Source: Selaginella moellendorffii
Lineage: Eukaryota; Plantae; Lycopodiophyta
DNA: 64,000 bases
Assembly (NCBI RefSeq): GCF_000143415.4
Contig: NW_003314309.1
Location: 980,641-1,044,640, forward strand
Reading direction: 5' to 3'
Below are positions 48,371-61,810 of the stretch, piece after piece. The notes beneath the pieces were generated by a model, which was given only the letters and a program-made list of their open reading frames with translations, ran no database searches and was not told where the DNA came from. How positions within the stretch are numbered: position 1 is the first letter of the stretch; each line of letters opens with the position of its first letter. A program made the translations under genes and the position numbers.

Positions 48371-51300
48371 GCCTGAGAGGGTGAAAGCCCAAAGCGTTCG
48401 TCTCCCAGACCCTGGGGGGTTTGGTGAGCTCCAAAAGTATAGTAGGGGGGAGGACTGCAGTGGAGCCAGTTTGGCCAGGAAAGGCCAGTTTGGCCCAGGA
48501 AGGCCGGACCCAGTGTTGGGTGATGAGCTGCCCACTGGGAAGTCCAAGACTAGAGTGAACACAGACCGACAAGTGGGGTAGCTTGGTGAAGTGTTCAAGA
48601 GCCGGCTCTAGTTCCCCCGGGAGATCGACTGGCCGATGCTCCCAGTCCAAGTGTGGGTGGCACTACCTACTTGGATACCTGGTGTGGCTCAACGGAACCC
48701 GCTCTAAGCCCATGGCTAGAGCACCCAAGGGCAGAAGGCGAGGAGAGTACCCAGGTGGCTCGCGTAAGGCCACGGTGTTCCGAAATGTTGTCCCAAAGGC
48801 CCAGACTGTGGAAAGGAAGAGGAGCAGTCCTCTGGGGTAGTGACCAAGGACACAGTCGTGTGGTGAGGAAGTCCCAGAGGACTGTGGGACTTAGTGGTCG
48901 GGCCTGTGGGTCTCGATCCAGTGGCAGTGTTGGCAAACACGGCCAGGGGCAGAAAGGGACTTAGTGGGGACTGACAGAGGGATATTGGGGAAGGCTATTC
49001 CCCTTGTCGGTGGGCATCCTAAGGATGCTAAGGAGTGGATTTGAGATGACCACTCACGGATGGTTTGCCTAGTCTTGGAGAGCCAAGACGGTGATGCAAG
49101 TGGTATTGGACCACCAGTGTGGCAAAGGTGATTGGGCATGTCCTTAGCGTAATGGGCTGCTATGTCGGTGGTACCTTTGAGTGTCGGTCATGGGATCGGA
49201 CACGTGGAGCACTTGGACCAAGTGCAAATGTTGAGTGGCATGGATGCCATTCTCGGGGCTAGCAAGTCCCAAGTCCTGGATTGGACTTATGGAGGTTGTG
49301 AATGAGACTCCTCCAAGTGGTCAGAGGTGTGGTTAAGTGACTAAAGTAGAATGGAAAATTTAGTCGCTTACAATTTGGTATTGGAGCTGTTCCTTAGTCC
49401 GACTTTTATTGGTGCTCAAGTATATCACCACTAGTGTTGGCATCGGAAGGTCCGAGGAGTGGGCCTATCCTTGAGGAGTAGCAAGTCGGGAAGACATGGC
49501 TCTCCATTACAGTTCATGTGTGAACTTGTAGACGAGGTGGTGGATAGAAAAGGGCCAATAATGGAACGACTTTGGGATCTTGGGAACAGTATATGGTTTT
49601 CCTCAAAGAGTTGAGGATGTGATCCAGATGAGCGTTTGACTTAGCAAACTGACTAATGTAGTTGTGGTAAACAACTACAGTTGGGATCACGGGAAAGATA
49701 AAGACTCCAAAGCAATAAAGGAGTCACAAGATTTTTCTCATATAGTTGAGGTTGGTGCTCATGAATGTGAGACCAGAAGTAATGACCGTGGGAGGTCAAA
49801 TACGGAAGAGGACTCAAGTCCTTGAAAAGGTAGCCGGGGCTACCTCTAATAAATGCTGGAACAACCCAAGGAGTTGGGGGTGTATTAAGTGGATGAGTTG
49901 GTGTTCTCATCACATGGACAAGTAGTCCTAAGGGGCAAAGGTTGCCCCCAGAGAACAAAATCAAGTGTCGGAGTAACACTTGTGAAAATAGTCCTTTTGA
50001 GTAGGACAGGAATGCAAGAAGTGTATTCCAGTGAGCTAGTGCCTCACAAGTAAGACCTTACGGGTCTGTGGATTAACCAAGTCCAAAACTGCTGGATGAC
50101 TCAAGTAGAGTCAACGGATGGTCCTAAAAGGACTGATGGAAGCATTTGGACTGAGGTGTGTTGTACCCCACAAAGGATGGGGGGGGGGATCATAGGATCT
50201 AAGGATGAGAACAGAGGGTATCTCATCGATGGCAAAATGTGCCATGCTAAAGTTATGGGAAAGGTGTTCCCAGAAGAAAACAACTTTGACATAGAGTTGT
50301 GTGTGACCTCTATGGTGCAGTGCTAACTGATGGTTGGCATGAGAAAGAGCGGTGTTGGTCTTGGCAAAGACTTAGACACAAGGGGAAATGTCATAGAGGT
50401 AGGCTCGTGGAGCCGATGGTGTGGAGACACCAAATGTGCCAAGGTGTGATACCTTGAGGCTATGTTGGTGGGTTCATGAGAACCCCTTGCCAAAGGAATC
50501 CCAATGGAAATGGGAATGGCATAGCCTAAGCTGCAGAGCATGCAGTTGGAGTGTGGTGACCCAAATAATGATGGAGGTGTGAAAGCACCAAGCAATGAGT
50601 TGTAGGACTTGACAACTATGAGGCAACTAAGCAAGAGGTGCAAAATAACTGGTTAAACGGGTAGAAAGTAGCTACCCAAGACTTCTTAATAGCATAGGGA
50701 AGTTGGATATACCCTTACGGGGGATAAGTTGCTTGTGTTGCGATATAGTAAGTCAATGTCATAAAAGGAAATACTCATTGTCAAAAAGCCATCATTGGGA
50801 CACCCGAACACTCTAGAACACCAGAAGGTGGTGTTTGATGTCGCGAGGGCAATGGATAAAGCCCAAGGGGCTAAGTCCCTAGCGAATGATGGATAGAAGG
50901 TGCTATCCAAATGTCCAAGGTTACGGAGACAGGAGAGGACTGTCTACCCGAGTTGGACAAAACCAAAAATGGAATTTTGGCAAGGCTAGTGATGGGCATG
51001 CAAAGGCCCATAAGCAACAATGTAATCCCAGTGTGTGGGATTATAAGGTGAGCATACCCGGATTGAGGAACCACTCCCTAGGCTATTGGGTAGGTTCATC
51101 CCTAAGAATACTTGCTAAAGCATGATAGAAAGTGCAAAGCTATCCTCCTGGTCTAGAGGAGAATGACCAAAGGAAAGGTGTGAAGCCAAAAAGCAAGAAG
51201 TAAGGGGATAGAACCGAACCGTAGGAATCAAAGGGCATAACCAAGGTTGGTTATGCCAGTTGGGAGTGGAGAATCAAGTGGGGGCTCGAGGGTGTTGCCG

Positions 51301-51493
51301 CTAGCAACCGTGATGCCATAGAGAGTCTAAAATATGGAATTGTCCATGTTAGACTAGGTGGCATTTAGAAGGCTTGCAAAAAGGGAGGCCTTAGCAAGCT
51401 GAGGGATAGAGTTCCTTCAAGGTTCCCAAAGACGATTCTAGGTAGCTTAGTACCTAGAAAGGCCAAGTGTAAATGGTTCATGGAATGCGCGAA

Positions 51494-51520
51494 ATCAGAG
51501 TGGCGCAGCAGAAGCGTGGT
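51494..51520 (+). other. 5' fragment of initiator tRNA-Met inside the LTR element
   Basis: ATCAGAGTGGCGCAGCAGAAGCGTGGT, 26/27 identical to plant tRNA-iMet nt 1-27 as recalled. Confidence 0.7.
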
Positions 51521-54500
51521 CTTGAAGCTTGCCATGAGGCAAGGTTATCAAGGTTAGGGAAGTAGTTCCCGAGTGTTCAAAGAGAGGGCTTTGAACGAAA
51601 GTCGATGGTCAAGGACTTTCACGCTTATGCAGGAACCATGTTACAGTGGTCGGAGGACTTGCCAAGCGAGATTGGCACGTCGGGGGAACAAATACCCTAG
51701 TTGAAGGTGATAACTTCAAAAAGGGTGGGCCATGGGGCCGAGCATGGAAGAGTCCATGCATGATCACAAACATGTCAAGTGAGAGGACTTGGCAGTGTGG
51801 AGGAACTAGGTTCCTAAACTGTGATCTGTAGCGCGCTTTAAAAATAAGTTGGTGCACCGGCGTGGGGAGTCACGCCAGGCATCTTGTGTGATGCCGTCCG
51901 TAGATGCATATACGGAGGTTGGGTTCAAGTCCCAACCCTCTAGTGCTTGGGTTCGAGTCCCAAATCACTAGGGCGTGGTGATGGTTTGGAATATGAGGAC
52001 ACTCATATTTCGGTGGTCATGGACTCTCAGTGGGGAGACTGGTTTGGGCACACCGCCAAGCGAGGGATGCCTCGGAGTCGTGATGCACGGTTAGATTGCT
52101 TAGTGTGAAAGCTCAGCATATCTAACTTGACCACTTTGGTGCAAGTGGCACCAAGGTCGTGGTGAGTGAGATGGGGACACCTAATCTCAGTTGCTATGAA
52201 CCCTTGGCCGTAAGGGCTAGCTTGGGTGCACCGCCAAGTGTGGGGGATGCCCCCGGGGTTATAGTCAACAACTTGGAGATCTAGAAGACCAAGTACCTCT
52301 TGGCAACTCTGTTAAGGTGCCAAGGTGAGATCACCAGGTGATCTTATGGCCAGATAAGGACAAGGTCCTTGGTTGGCTAAGGAATGAAGTTCCTGGTTCA
52401 AAATGTTGAAATTGAACTGTTTAAGGTGGTGTGGCTTGGTCGTGATGACCAAGTGGGAAGAGCACCTAAGGGAAATAAACTATGTCTGTGCGATGGCATA
52501 GTGAGTCCGAGGAAAGTAGTCTCTATAAAAGACCCATGGGAGGGTCACGAAGTTGGGCCGTGGATAGAGCCCATAGCAGAAGATGCTAAAGAGACGTACT
52601 AGGGGTGAACATCCTTCGGACTTGGCAAAGAAGAGTCTTTGCTATGGAATCGAAACAATACCTCAAGGAGGGAGGTAGAGATTCGATGGTGCTTGGTGCA
52701 ACAATCAACGGATAGGAGCAAAAGATGAGTGGCCAAGATAGGGCTGTGGAATCCCTTGGAAGGAATCCAAGTGACAAAGTTAGGCGAGGAACACTAATGT
52801 GTTGGACGCTAACAAGTTGCGGGAAAGGAAGTGTGTTTCCAAGGAGGGATTCCGAAATGCTCCGATTTGGCGAAAGTGGAAGCTCCAAGGGAGGGAGCGG
52901 TAAGGTAACCAAATGATAGGGCCATGAACAGCCCTAGCACAAAGTATGATAACTGGAACTTTGGCACGAAATAGAAGAAAGGATGATGGTGCCCTCGAGT
53001 AGAGAACTTCCTAGGATGGGAAGTGGAGTTGCACAAAAGGTGCAAGGCAAGATGTCGGAGACACCTAGGAAATTGACTCCAAGAAGTCAAAATTCAAAGT
53101 TCCAAAGTGCAAAGGTTATATCGATGGAAATTGAGACTACTCGAGAAAGAGTAGTGGGATTGACTTAGAGAAGGGTCTCTAAGAGGTTTAGCGAGAACTA
53201 AACCAATAAAAGGAGAGAACCAGTATATGTGGTCCAATCAGTCTCTAAGTTGGAGAGACTACCCTTCTTAGAGGATATGCAAAAGGCATGGTGAGCCTTC
53301 AATGTCCAACCATTGACGAATATGGAGAAGGCATGGTGAGCCTTCAAGGTCACACCATTGACAAATATTGGCTACGCGCCAAGGATGGAAATGGTAACAC
53401 ATGCGGGTGTTACTTTATAAAATGGTTCACCGTTCGATGAGGACATCGAACTTCGTCTATGGGTGGTGGAGTTGTGAGACACAAAATCCCTAGGCCCCAA
53501 AGTGGAGCCGGAAGGGCGCCACATGGTAGTGGCCGAAGCGAGAGCCAAACGAGCGTAACACGTTTGGACCAAAAACTCCGACTTGAAAAGTCAAGAGCGG
53601 GAGTGGAACTCCCAACGAAGTGCTCGAGGAACGAGCACGAAGCGAGCAAAAGGCGAGGCTCCAAAAAGGGACCCAAAAGGGCCAACATATGACATGTGGG
53701 AGTGTCCGAGATGGACTCGAGTTGGAGTCCGAAGTGGAGTCCGAGATGGACCCGAGTTGGAGTCCGAAGTGGAGTCCGAGATGGACCCGAGTTGGAGTCC
53801 GAAGTGGAGTCCGAGATGGACCCGAGATGGAGTCCGAGATGGAGTCCGAAGTGGAGTCCAAGGTGGACCCGAGATGGACCCGAGTTGGAGTCCGAAGTGG
53901 AGTTCGAGATGGACCCGAGATGGAGTCCGAGATGGAGTCCGAGATGGAGTCCGAGGTGGACCCGAGATGGACCCGAAATGGAGTCTGAGATGGAGTCCGA
54001 GATGGACCCGAGATGGAGTCCGAGATGGAGTCCGAGATGGACCCGAGATGGACCCGAGATGGAGTCCAAGCTGGAGTCCGAGATGGAGTCCGAGATGGAG
54101 TCCGAAGCCGAGACCGAGACCGAGATCGGGACCGAGACCGAGACCGAGGCCGAGGCCGAGACCGAGCCCGAGCCCGAGTCCGAGTCCGAGTCCGAGTCCG
54201 AGTCCGAGTCCGAGTCCGGAGCCTGAGAGGGTGAAAGCCCAAAGCGTTCGTCTCCCAGACCCTGGGGGGTTTGGTGAGCTCCAAAAGTATAGTAGGGGGG
54301 AGGACTGCAGTGGAGCCAGTTTGGCCAGGAAAGGCCAGTTTGGCCCAGGAAGGCCGGACCCAGTGTTGGGTGATGAGCTGCCCACTGGGAAGTCCAAGAC
54401 TAGAGTGAACACAGACCGACAAGTGGGGTAGCTTGGTGAAGTGTTCAAGAGCCGGCTCTAGTTCCCCCGGGAGATCGACTGGCCGATGCTCCCAGTCCAA

Positions 54501-55222
54501 GTGTGGGTGGCACTACCTACTTGGATACCTGGTGTGGCTCAACGGAACCCGCTCTAAGCCCATGGCTAGAGCACCCAAGGGCAGAAGGCGAGGAGAGTAC
54601 CCAGGTGGCTCGCGTAAGGCCACGGTGTTCCGAAATGTTGTCCCAAAGGCCCAGACTGTGGAAAGGAAGAGGAGCAGTCCTCTGGGGTAGTGACCAAGGA
54701 CACAGTCGTGTGGTGAAGAAGTCCCAGAGGACTGTGGGACTTAGTGGTCGGGCCTATGGGTCTCGATCCAGTGGCAGTGTTAGCAAACACGGCCAGGGGC
54801 AGAAAGGGACTTAGTGGGGACTGACAGAGGGATATTGGGGAAGGCTATTCCCCTTGTCGGTGGGCATCCTAAGGATGCTAAGGAGTGGATCTGAGATGAC
54901 CACTCACGGATGGTTTGCCTAGTCTTGGAGAGCCAAGACGGTGATGCAAGTGGTATTGGACCACCAGTGTGGCAAAGGTGATTGGGCATGTCCTTAGCGT
55001 AATGGGCTGCTATGTCGGTGGTACCTTTGAGTGTCGGTCATGGGATCGGACACGTGGAGCACTTGGACCAAGTGCAAATGTTGAGTGGCATGGACGCCAT
55101 TCTCGGGGCTAGCAAGTCCCAAGTCCTGGATTGGACTTATGGAGGTTGTGAATGAGACTCCTCCAAGTGGTCAGAGGTGTGGTTAAGTGACTAAAGTAGA
55201 ATGGAAAATTTAGTCGCTTACA

Positions 55223-57130
55223 CATGGGAGTCTTTTTGTGAAGACCATAAAATTCTAATATTGGGCAAAGTATAGTGTGTTCAATTTAGGATTGGGGACA
55301 TGTTAGTGGGCCTTTTGAATGTGTATGTGCCAGTGGGGAGTTAATCCAAAAGGGTAGAGTTTTGGCATGAGTTAGTATGCTATGTACTTGCACAACCATC
55401 GGCATGGATGATCACTAGAGATTTCAACTTTATGGAAGAAGAGCTAGATAAGGAAGGGAAAGAAATAAGAGATAAGAGGACAAGAAAGGAAAAAGCAATG
55501 TGGTTATAAGTAATGCTTGCAATTTGGTTAGAAGATGCATATAACATCCTTGGGTTTGTGCAACACCAATGAAGGTACACATGGCAAAAACACCAACGGG
55601 GAATTCAACAACAATTAGATCCATTCTATGTCACTTGAATTATGTCATAATAGTGGAAAGTTGGATATTGCTACAAGGTACAGAGATTTCTCAAATTATA
55701 ATTTAGTGTTATTGACTCTTCATATCCTAAAGAGATGGGGAATAAAGAGGCTACCTCCAATCTCAAAGAAAAATTTGGATGATGTAGAACTTGATGGATC
55801 CATAAAAGAGAAGTGGTACCAGAAAAAGGGTGGGGATCTCTATAAATTCATGATAAATATAGCCAATGAAATCTGGAAAAAACCATAAAACAAGCAAAAG
55901 AAAGTATTTCATAAAGTGCAAGCAATAAGAAGGAATATCAAAGCTATCAAAAGGTTGGTTAGGCTTAGATTGCAAAACACGTCTCCACCAATGTTTAGGC
56001 TCAAGGACAACCAAAGGGAGATGCATACAAATTTACATAAGATGCATAAGATGGTAGAGATATATTATCAAAAACTCTTTACTGCAAAGTTATAGACTAA
56101 AGACAGGAAAAAGGCAATGAATGAAGTGCTCTAATTTGTGCCTCATAAAGTAGATGACTCATCTGCAAAAGCCTTATATAGAATGTTCACGCTCAATGAG
56201 CTAAAGGAAGTAATAAGGGATTTGAATAATGATAATGCCTGAGGAGGATGGAATGCCACCAGTGTATCATAAAGTAAATTGAGAGTAGTTAGGACTAGAA
56301 GTCTTGAGTACATGGAATGAGGTGATGGAACGGGAAAATGGNNNNNNNNNNNNNNNNNNNNNNNNNNNNNNNNNNNNNNNNNNNNNNNNNNNNNNNNNNN
56401 NNNNNNNNNNNNNNNNNNNNNNNNNNNNNNNNNNNNNNNNNACTGATATTACTAGAAACAATACAATACATAACATGCAAAATGGTTTTATAGAAGGGAG
56501 ATAGTTGGTAGATAATATATTGACAAAGTTGCACTGCTGACATAAGAACAAGTAAAGGATCAAGGTTTGAAAATAGCAATAATACTACTAGACTATGAAA
56601 AAGTATATGATAGACTGGACTAAGAATTCTAAGAATTGGCATCCCAAATAAACATTGAGAACTCAATTAGCAAAGATAAAGGATCAATTATTCACCCTAG
56701 AGGCAAAAAAGATGGAGGTATCCATGGATAGCCACTTTGGTCACAATAGATGGGACAGTGGGTAATACAATTAAATTGCAATGGTCAGTAAAACAAGGGT
56801 GTATATTGGCTTCTTTTTTGTTCTTATTTGTGGTGGATACTTTAGCATATTATTTAGCAAGATAGAAGGGATGGTTTTACCTGGGTGTAAAGACTTATTA
56901 TAGGACATGAGAACAATAGTAGAAAATCAATTGAAATCTAGTGCCTTTGTAGATGACATGAGAATCATAGCAATAGATTCCCTAGAAAACATGAGCAAGG
57001 TTAAGGAGGATTTGGATTTTTTTAATCTAGCAGCAGGCTCTAGAATAAACAAGGGGAAATCAGTGGAAATATGATTGCCAAATTTAGACCCGCCAAACTA
57101 GGGAAAAGAGTGGGACTTCAAGAAAAGTCA
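55223..57130 (+). mobile_element. L1 LINE 3' part (degenerate APE endonuclease and RT)
   Basis: LNVYVP, WMITRDFN, QLDPFY, QNGFIEGR, LLDYEKVYDRLD, AFVDDM; many stops. Confidence 0.8.
56342..56441. other. Assembly gap (100 N)
   Basis: Run of N. Confidence 1.
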
Positions 57131-57249
57131 AATCACTAGCACTAGAATAACAAACTCATCAAGAATACAAGAAAAGAGCAAAAGAGGGAGAGGAACTCAA
57201 GAAAAGGTATCAATATTAGCCATAAAACTCTTTTAACAATAAAAATTTT

Positions 57250-59340
57250 GAAGTTATATATTTGAAGTTTTAAAGCCCATTAATCAATATAAGCAACCAA
57301 CTTTTTTCCACTTCAATAATGGAGTAATTACAATATAATCACCTTCTAACAATGTCCAAAAACCATGCAAGTATAGATGAAGGTTTTTAAAACCCTAAAT
57401 TGTTGCTAAAAACTCTTTTTCTATCATGGAATAATTCATTTCTACTGGTTGTAATATATAATCAATGGAATGATGCTAATCAAGCACATTCATGCTTTTT
57501 GTATCAACACACCTCTAAAACTAATATCAAAAGTACCCACAAACAAAATGAAATGTTAAAATTCACCAAAACTAGAGGAGTTGTCAATAGCTTTTTGAAA
57601 ATCATTTATAATCCTCAAATTAAATGAAAGGCCATATTAACAACTTTAAAAATGCTTATAGTCCTCATACCAAATGAAATGATGTTAATGACTTTAACAA
57701 CATTTGTAATGGTGTAGTATAATAAAAAATATAATCAACAAAATGACTAAAATATTGCACTTTGCTAAGGAAGTACTACACATCATTTACATACTTCGAA
57801 GTAGGGAATTTAAAAATAACTAAAGTTTGTGAGAATTAACTTGTAAACTTTCATGAGAAATGTGGTACCCATAATAAGTTAGTATTTTTAAACTCAAATA
57901 CACATTTTGACCACTTTAACTTCAAACCAAATTCTTGCAGCTAATTCAGTATTTTATAGACATCATGCCCATATCCCCTTTAAGTAGGTCAAGATATCAT
58001 TAATGAAGTTAGTAGTCACCTCCATAAAAACCTCACCCACTATCTACTAAAAAGTTGTCTTGTTTAAATTAAATAGCATCATGAAAAACTCATATAAATC
58101 AAATGATGCATGGATAATAGTTTTGGGAACATCCTTCTCTTGGCCATTGGCACTTATCAGTACCCCAAAGCAAGATTTGGCAAACCAAGAATTTCACCTC
58201 AAATAATCTAGAATATTGGTGGTGTAGGGAAAAGGGTACATATCTAGGATTATCATATCATTTAATAGATAATAGTTGATATAGAAGGAAATACTCATAT
58301 TAAGCTTCATTATAAGATAAGATTCAAATGCTTAAGGAATTTGATACTTTTTTATAACACCTTTCTTCAACATCTTTTAGACATTTCCTTATAAATTATT
58401 AATCTCCTTTGGTGACTGATGCAAAAAAGGAATCTTGATTAAATGAGCAAATAAAATGAAATGTTACAATCTTGACTCTAGACAATAAGTCAAAATCAAA
58501 GATACTCCTACTTAAGATGATAGCACAAAAATTGTTTGAGGGATTCGAAAAGGGAATAAAAGAACAAAAAGGAAAGAAAGTAGGAAATAATAGAGAGATA
58601 AAAATGATAGAAATAGAGGTAAAAGCAAAATAATAAAATATAATAAAAATGAAAAGAATGAAAGAAATGTAAAGGAGTATGAGATAATGGGAGAAGATTT
58701 AAAACCGTATTTGGTATGATTGTTATAGCACACAACAAATCTATATTTGCATAATTGTGTTGTAACCATCTTATACTAAAGATGGTTTAACTTGGCACCA
58801 CCTCCAATGATTAAAACTTAAACTCGAAATCACCTATACATACTGGATCATTGCCATAGAGAATGAAAACTAGCTTTGCCAAATAATGCAAATATAGATG
58901 GCAATATATATAAAGAATAAACTCAAATCTGTATTGACAAGTTTAAAAAGGATAATGGTATACTTTTTGCTATAAAACTGAATTTAGAAAGTGAACATAG
59001 AATGAATTAGTGCCCCTTAATGATATTCTTGAAAGAAGGATAGAAGGGTCACAGATTTATTTGCAGAAGGTCCTTAAACTATTGCAACTCTTTATTTCTT
59101 GAAAGTATTTCAATGTCAAAACCTTCTACTAAAGTAATATAAACAAAATGTTGATCTTAAAGCCTCCACCTAGGAAATGGAGAACATCAATCCAAAAAAC
59201 ATCAATAATGCTGATATATATAATTAACCGCATCACACACCTAACAATAAACATTATTACTACAATTATATCCTCATCCTTATCTTTGAATATGGGTAGT
59301 AGTAGCATCAATCTTTATTAGAATAAATGTACACCAACCT
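57250..59340 (-). mobile_element. Degenerate Gypsy fragment, same family as 13042-18120, inverted
   Basis: Reverse complement of ~58200-58330 (ATGATAATCCTAGATATGTACCCTTTTCC) matches ~16140-16260; ~58750-58900 resembles ~14640-14800. Confidence 0.72.
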
Positions 59341-59796
59341 AACACCAATAGTTACATGTGCTTTAGGTTCATTTCCCATGCTCATTCCCATAGAATTGCT
59401 TATACTTATTGAACATTGTGATTCTCTCAGCTGGGCTAGCTTCTGAAGCCATAATTTTGAGATCACCTAAAGGTCGTCAAGGCATATCTCAGAGGACATT
59501 AATCTTTAAGACTTGATTTGAAACAAACAGTACCTTTACTACTTAGAGGTTCCTGGCTATCCCCGGGCTGGCAAGGTGGGAGCTAGATCTGAGACTCCTC
59601 GATCGATAACAGTTAGAGATTAAGAGGGTTCTGCAGCTCATCTATGGCCTGGAGATAAGTTCAAAAGTTGTTCTTGGCAGAAATTAACAACTTTGCTTCA
59701 AACACCGAGCAGTATTAAGTATTTAAATTATAAGGTCAGAAAAGATAATGTTGATCAATAAAAAAAATTAATTCAACAGAGAGTTGAATAAATTGC

Positions 59797-60867
59797 TTAA
59801 GCCTCGATAGCTCCGAGCTGTCGCTGCTTCCACCACCTCGGTTTCCATGCCGTTGCTTGTTTCAGCTGGAACGCTTGGTCCAGAGCTCGAAACAAGCGCT
59901 TCCACCCCACGTAAACGCCTTCAATCACCAGCGCCGCCAGCTCCCGTGGCGGATCAACCCGGCACACCGCCCCCTCTTTCGTGAAGCTCAGCACTCGTTC
60001 GCCACTGTCACCATAACTCGCATCGAACTCTTGCTCAGCCTGCGCCTTCTCAAAGCACTCCCGGTAGTCGTCCTTGTCCACGAACGGCGGCTCCTGCTTC
60101 ATGCTCTCCGCGAACAGCACGTTTGGAAAGGGGGTGACGCCGCCGTGCATCAAAATGGCTGCCAGGAGTATCCTCCCGATCCGACCGTTTCCATCCTTGA
60201 AGGGATGGATGCTCTCAAACTCGAGGAAAAACCGGGACCCGAGCTTGAGTAGCGTCTCGGCCCAGCTCGTGGCATTCGATTCCCTCATACCTGTGGATGA
60301 GAGCTTTCGGAGCTCTCCGTTGGTGTCACGGACCAGCCTCTCCAGAGCCGCCGGTATGTCCGACGGCCACATGAAGACGTGCGGCAAGCCAATGGTTGTC
60401 GCGGTGAAGGCGATCTCCTCGTCGCGGCGCAGCCTTCCTGCGATGTCCGGTCGCGTCGATCCAAGGAGCCGCTTGTGCACCTCCAGGATCCCCGGCACAC
60501 TCAACTCCTGGCTTCCATTCGCCTGGAGCTGATGGATCAGGGCGCTGTGGAGACAGCGCATGGCCTCTCCGGCCTCGCCGCCAGTGCCGCTACTGTCCAG
60601 CGCGCCCGCTGCCATCGCCACCTCGGTCGCCTGGAGCGTTTCGAAGCCCTCGCCCTCGATGTGATTGACCTGGAACAAGAAATGGCCCAGGCCCGTGCGC
60701 CGGCCGTAGGCTTCTGCCCAGCGCCGCTGATCCCGTGGGAGAAGCGCGTACCTCCTCATGCATTCGTGGATCCCTTTGAGCATCTGGCTGGTCCGCGGCA
60801 CGGGATCGCCAACGCCGACTCGCTCGCGCCTCCAAAACGGGCACTCCTCCACATCAAAATTCTCCAT
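59797..60867 (-). CDS. Fic/Doc (Fido) domain protein, putative AMP-transferase
   Basis: Intact intronless 356-aa ORF with canonical HPFKDGNGRIGR, ILEVHKRLL..AGRLR and an upstream inhibitory-helix-like VNHIEG. Confidence 0.9.
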   Translation of the reverse strand: MENFDVEECPFWRRERVGVGDPVPRTSQMLKGIHECMRRYALLPRDQRRWAEAYGRRTGLGHFLFQVNHIEGEGFETLQATEVAMAAGALDSSGTGGEAGEAMRCLHSALIHQLQANGSQELSVPGILEVHKRLLGSTRPDIAGRLRRDEEIAFTATTIGLPHVFMWPSDIPAALERLVRDTNGELRKLSSTGMRESNATSWAETLLKLGSRFFLEFESIHPFKDGNGRIGRILLAAILMHGGVTPFPNVLFAESMKQEPPFVDKDDYRECFEKAQAEQEFDASYGDSGERVLSFTKEGAVCRVDPPRELAALVIEGVYVGWKRLFRALDQAFQLKQATAWKPRWWKQRQLGAIEA

Positions 60868-61810
60868 TGCCTTGCCCTAGAATAGTTGCCAACTCGGTCC
60901 CTTGGTTGGCGTTGGCGTTTTCTCCTGGAGCTCTTTGATAACACAGGCGGCTTCACGATCTCACTGGTAACGCGTACTCCCTCTCCAGAATGGGAGCAAT
61001 GTCCGAAAGGTCAGCTTTTTCTTCCTCTAAGATGGCTTTCAAGAGCCGAACGAGTCGAGGCCCAACACCGGTCCTTCTGGATTCGTGATCGTTGCACAGC
61101 GAACTCCGAGGGAATCGAGAGCCGGCGGAGGAGCAGAAAGATTCTGGAACATGAGAAAGAAGTTCAGAATCTTAAAAGTCTTCGCTGCTACCTAGCAAGC
61201 TTTGCTCACCAAAGTTCGAGGGTGTTGACAAGTTGAAATTTTGTGGAACTTTACTTACGGCTTGTGGAGAGCTAGCTCTCTGGTCCTGGCAACAGCAGCA
61301 GTGGCTCGCCGTCGGTTTCTTCGAGCTCATCTAGATCCTCGACACCCTCGTCGAAAAGTTCCAACTTTGTGCTAATGTAGATTGGACCCCATCCGTCACG
61401 GAGAACGATCCAGCCGCCTGCCTGCCTGTCAAGCCAAAGGTTAAAGCTGGAGCGACGATCTCTACCTTTAGAGAGCAGGCGATCCTACCATAGAGTTTGG
61501 CAGCTCGTAGAGCGGAAACAAGAGTGCGAGCTGCCGCTTGGCGCAATTCTCCGTGCGTCGGGGCGTCCATGTCCCGAGCTCCTTTGTAGCAAGTGTCGCT
61601 CGGAGGAACAAGGTTCGTCCACCACACCTACAAAAGAAATACCCCGTTGATCATATTCCTAGCTAGCGTGATCATAGAGATCATTCAATACCATTGCGAC
61701 GACGCGAATGGAAGTCCTTAGAATTATCTGGCACGTACTCGGAGATATCCTGCGTTGCGGCATGACTATCTGGATGATATCGGCATGATCCATGAATATA
61801 TTCCGAAGCA

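Larger units (their letters stand above)
47617..55222 (+). mobile_element. Non-autonomous LTR retrotransposon (LARD-like), recent insertion
   Basis: Near-identical LTRs 47617-49372 and 53473-55222 (TGTGAG...CTTACA), TSD CATGG, PBS-like TGGTATTGGAGC at 49376, PPT GGGGTGGTGGAG at 53460. The 4.1-kb interior has no recognisable gag/pol ORF. Confidence 0.92.

Noticed and set aside
47611-48650. Long ORFs in several frames (SR/RP/GL-rich), also at 53410-54500
   Set aside because: By-products of the stop-poor LTR minisatellite.
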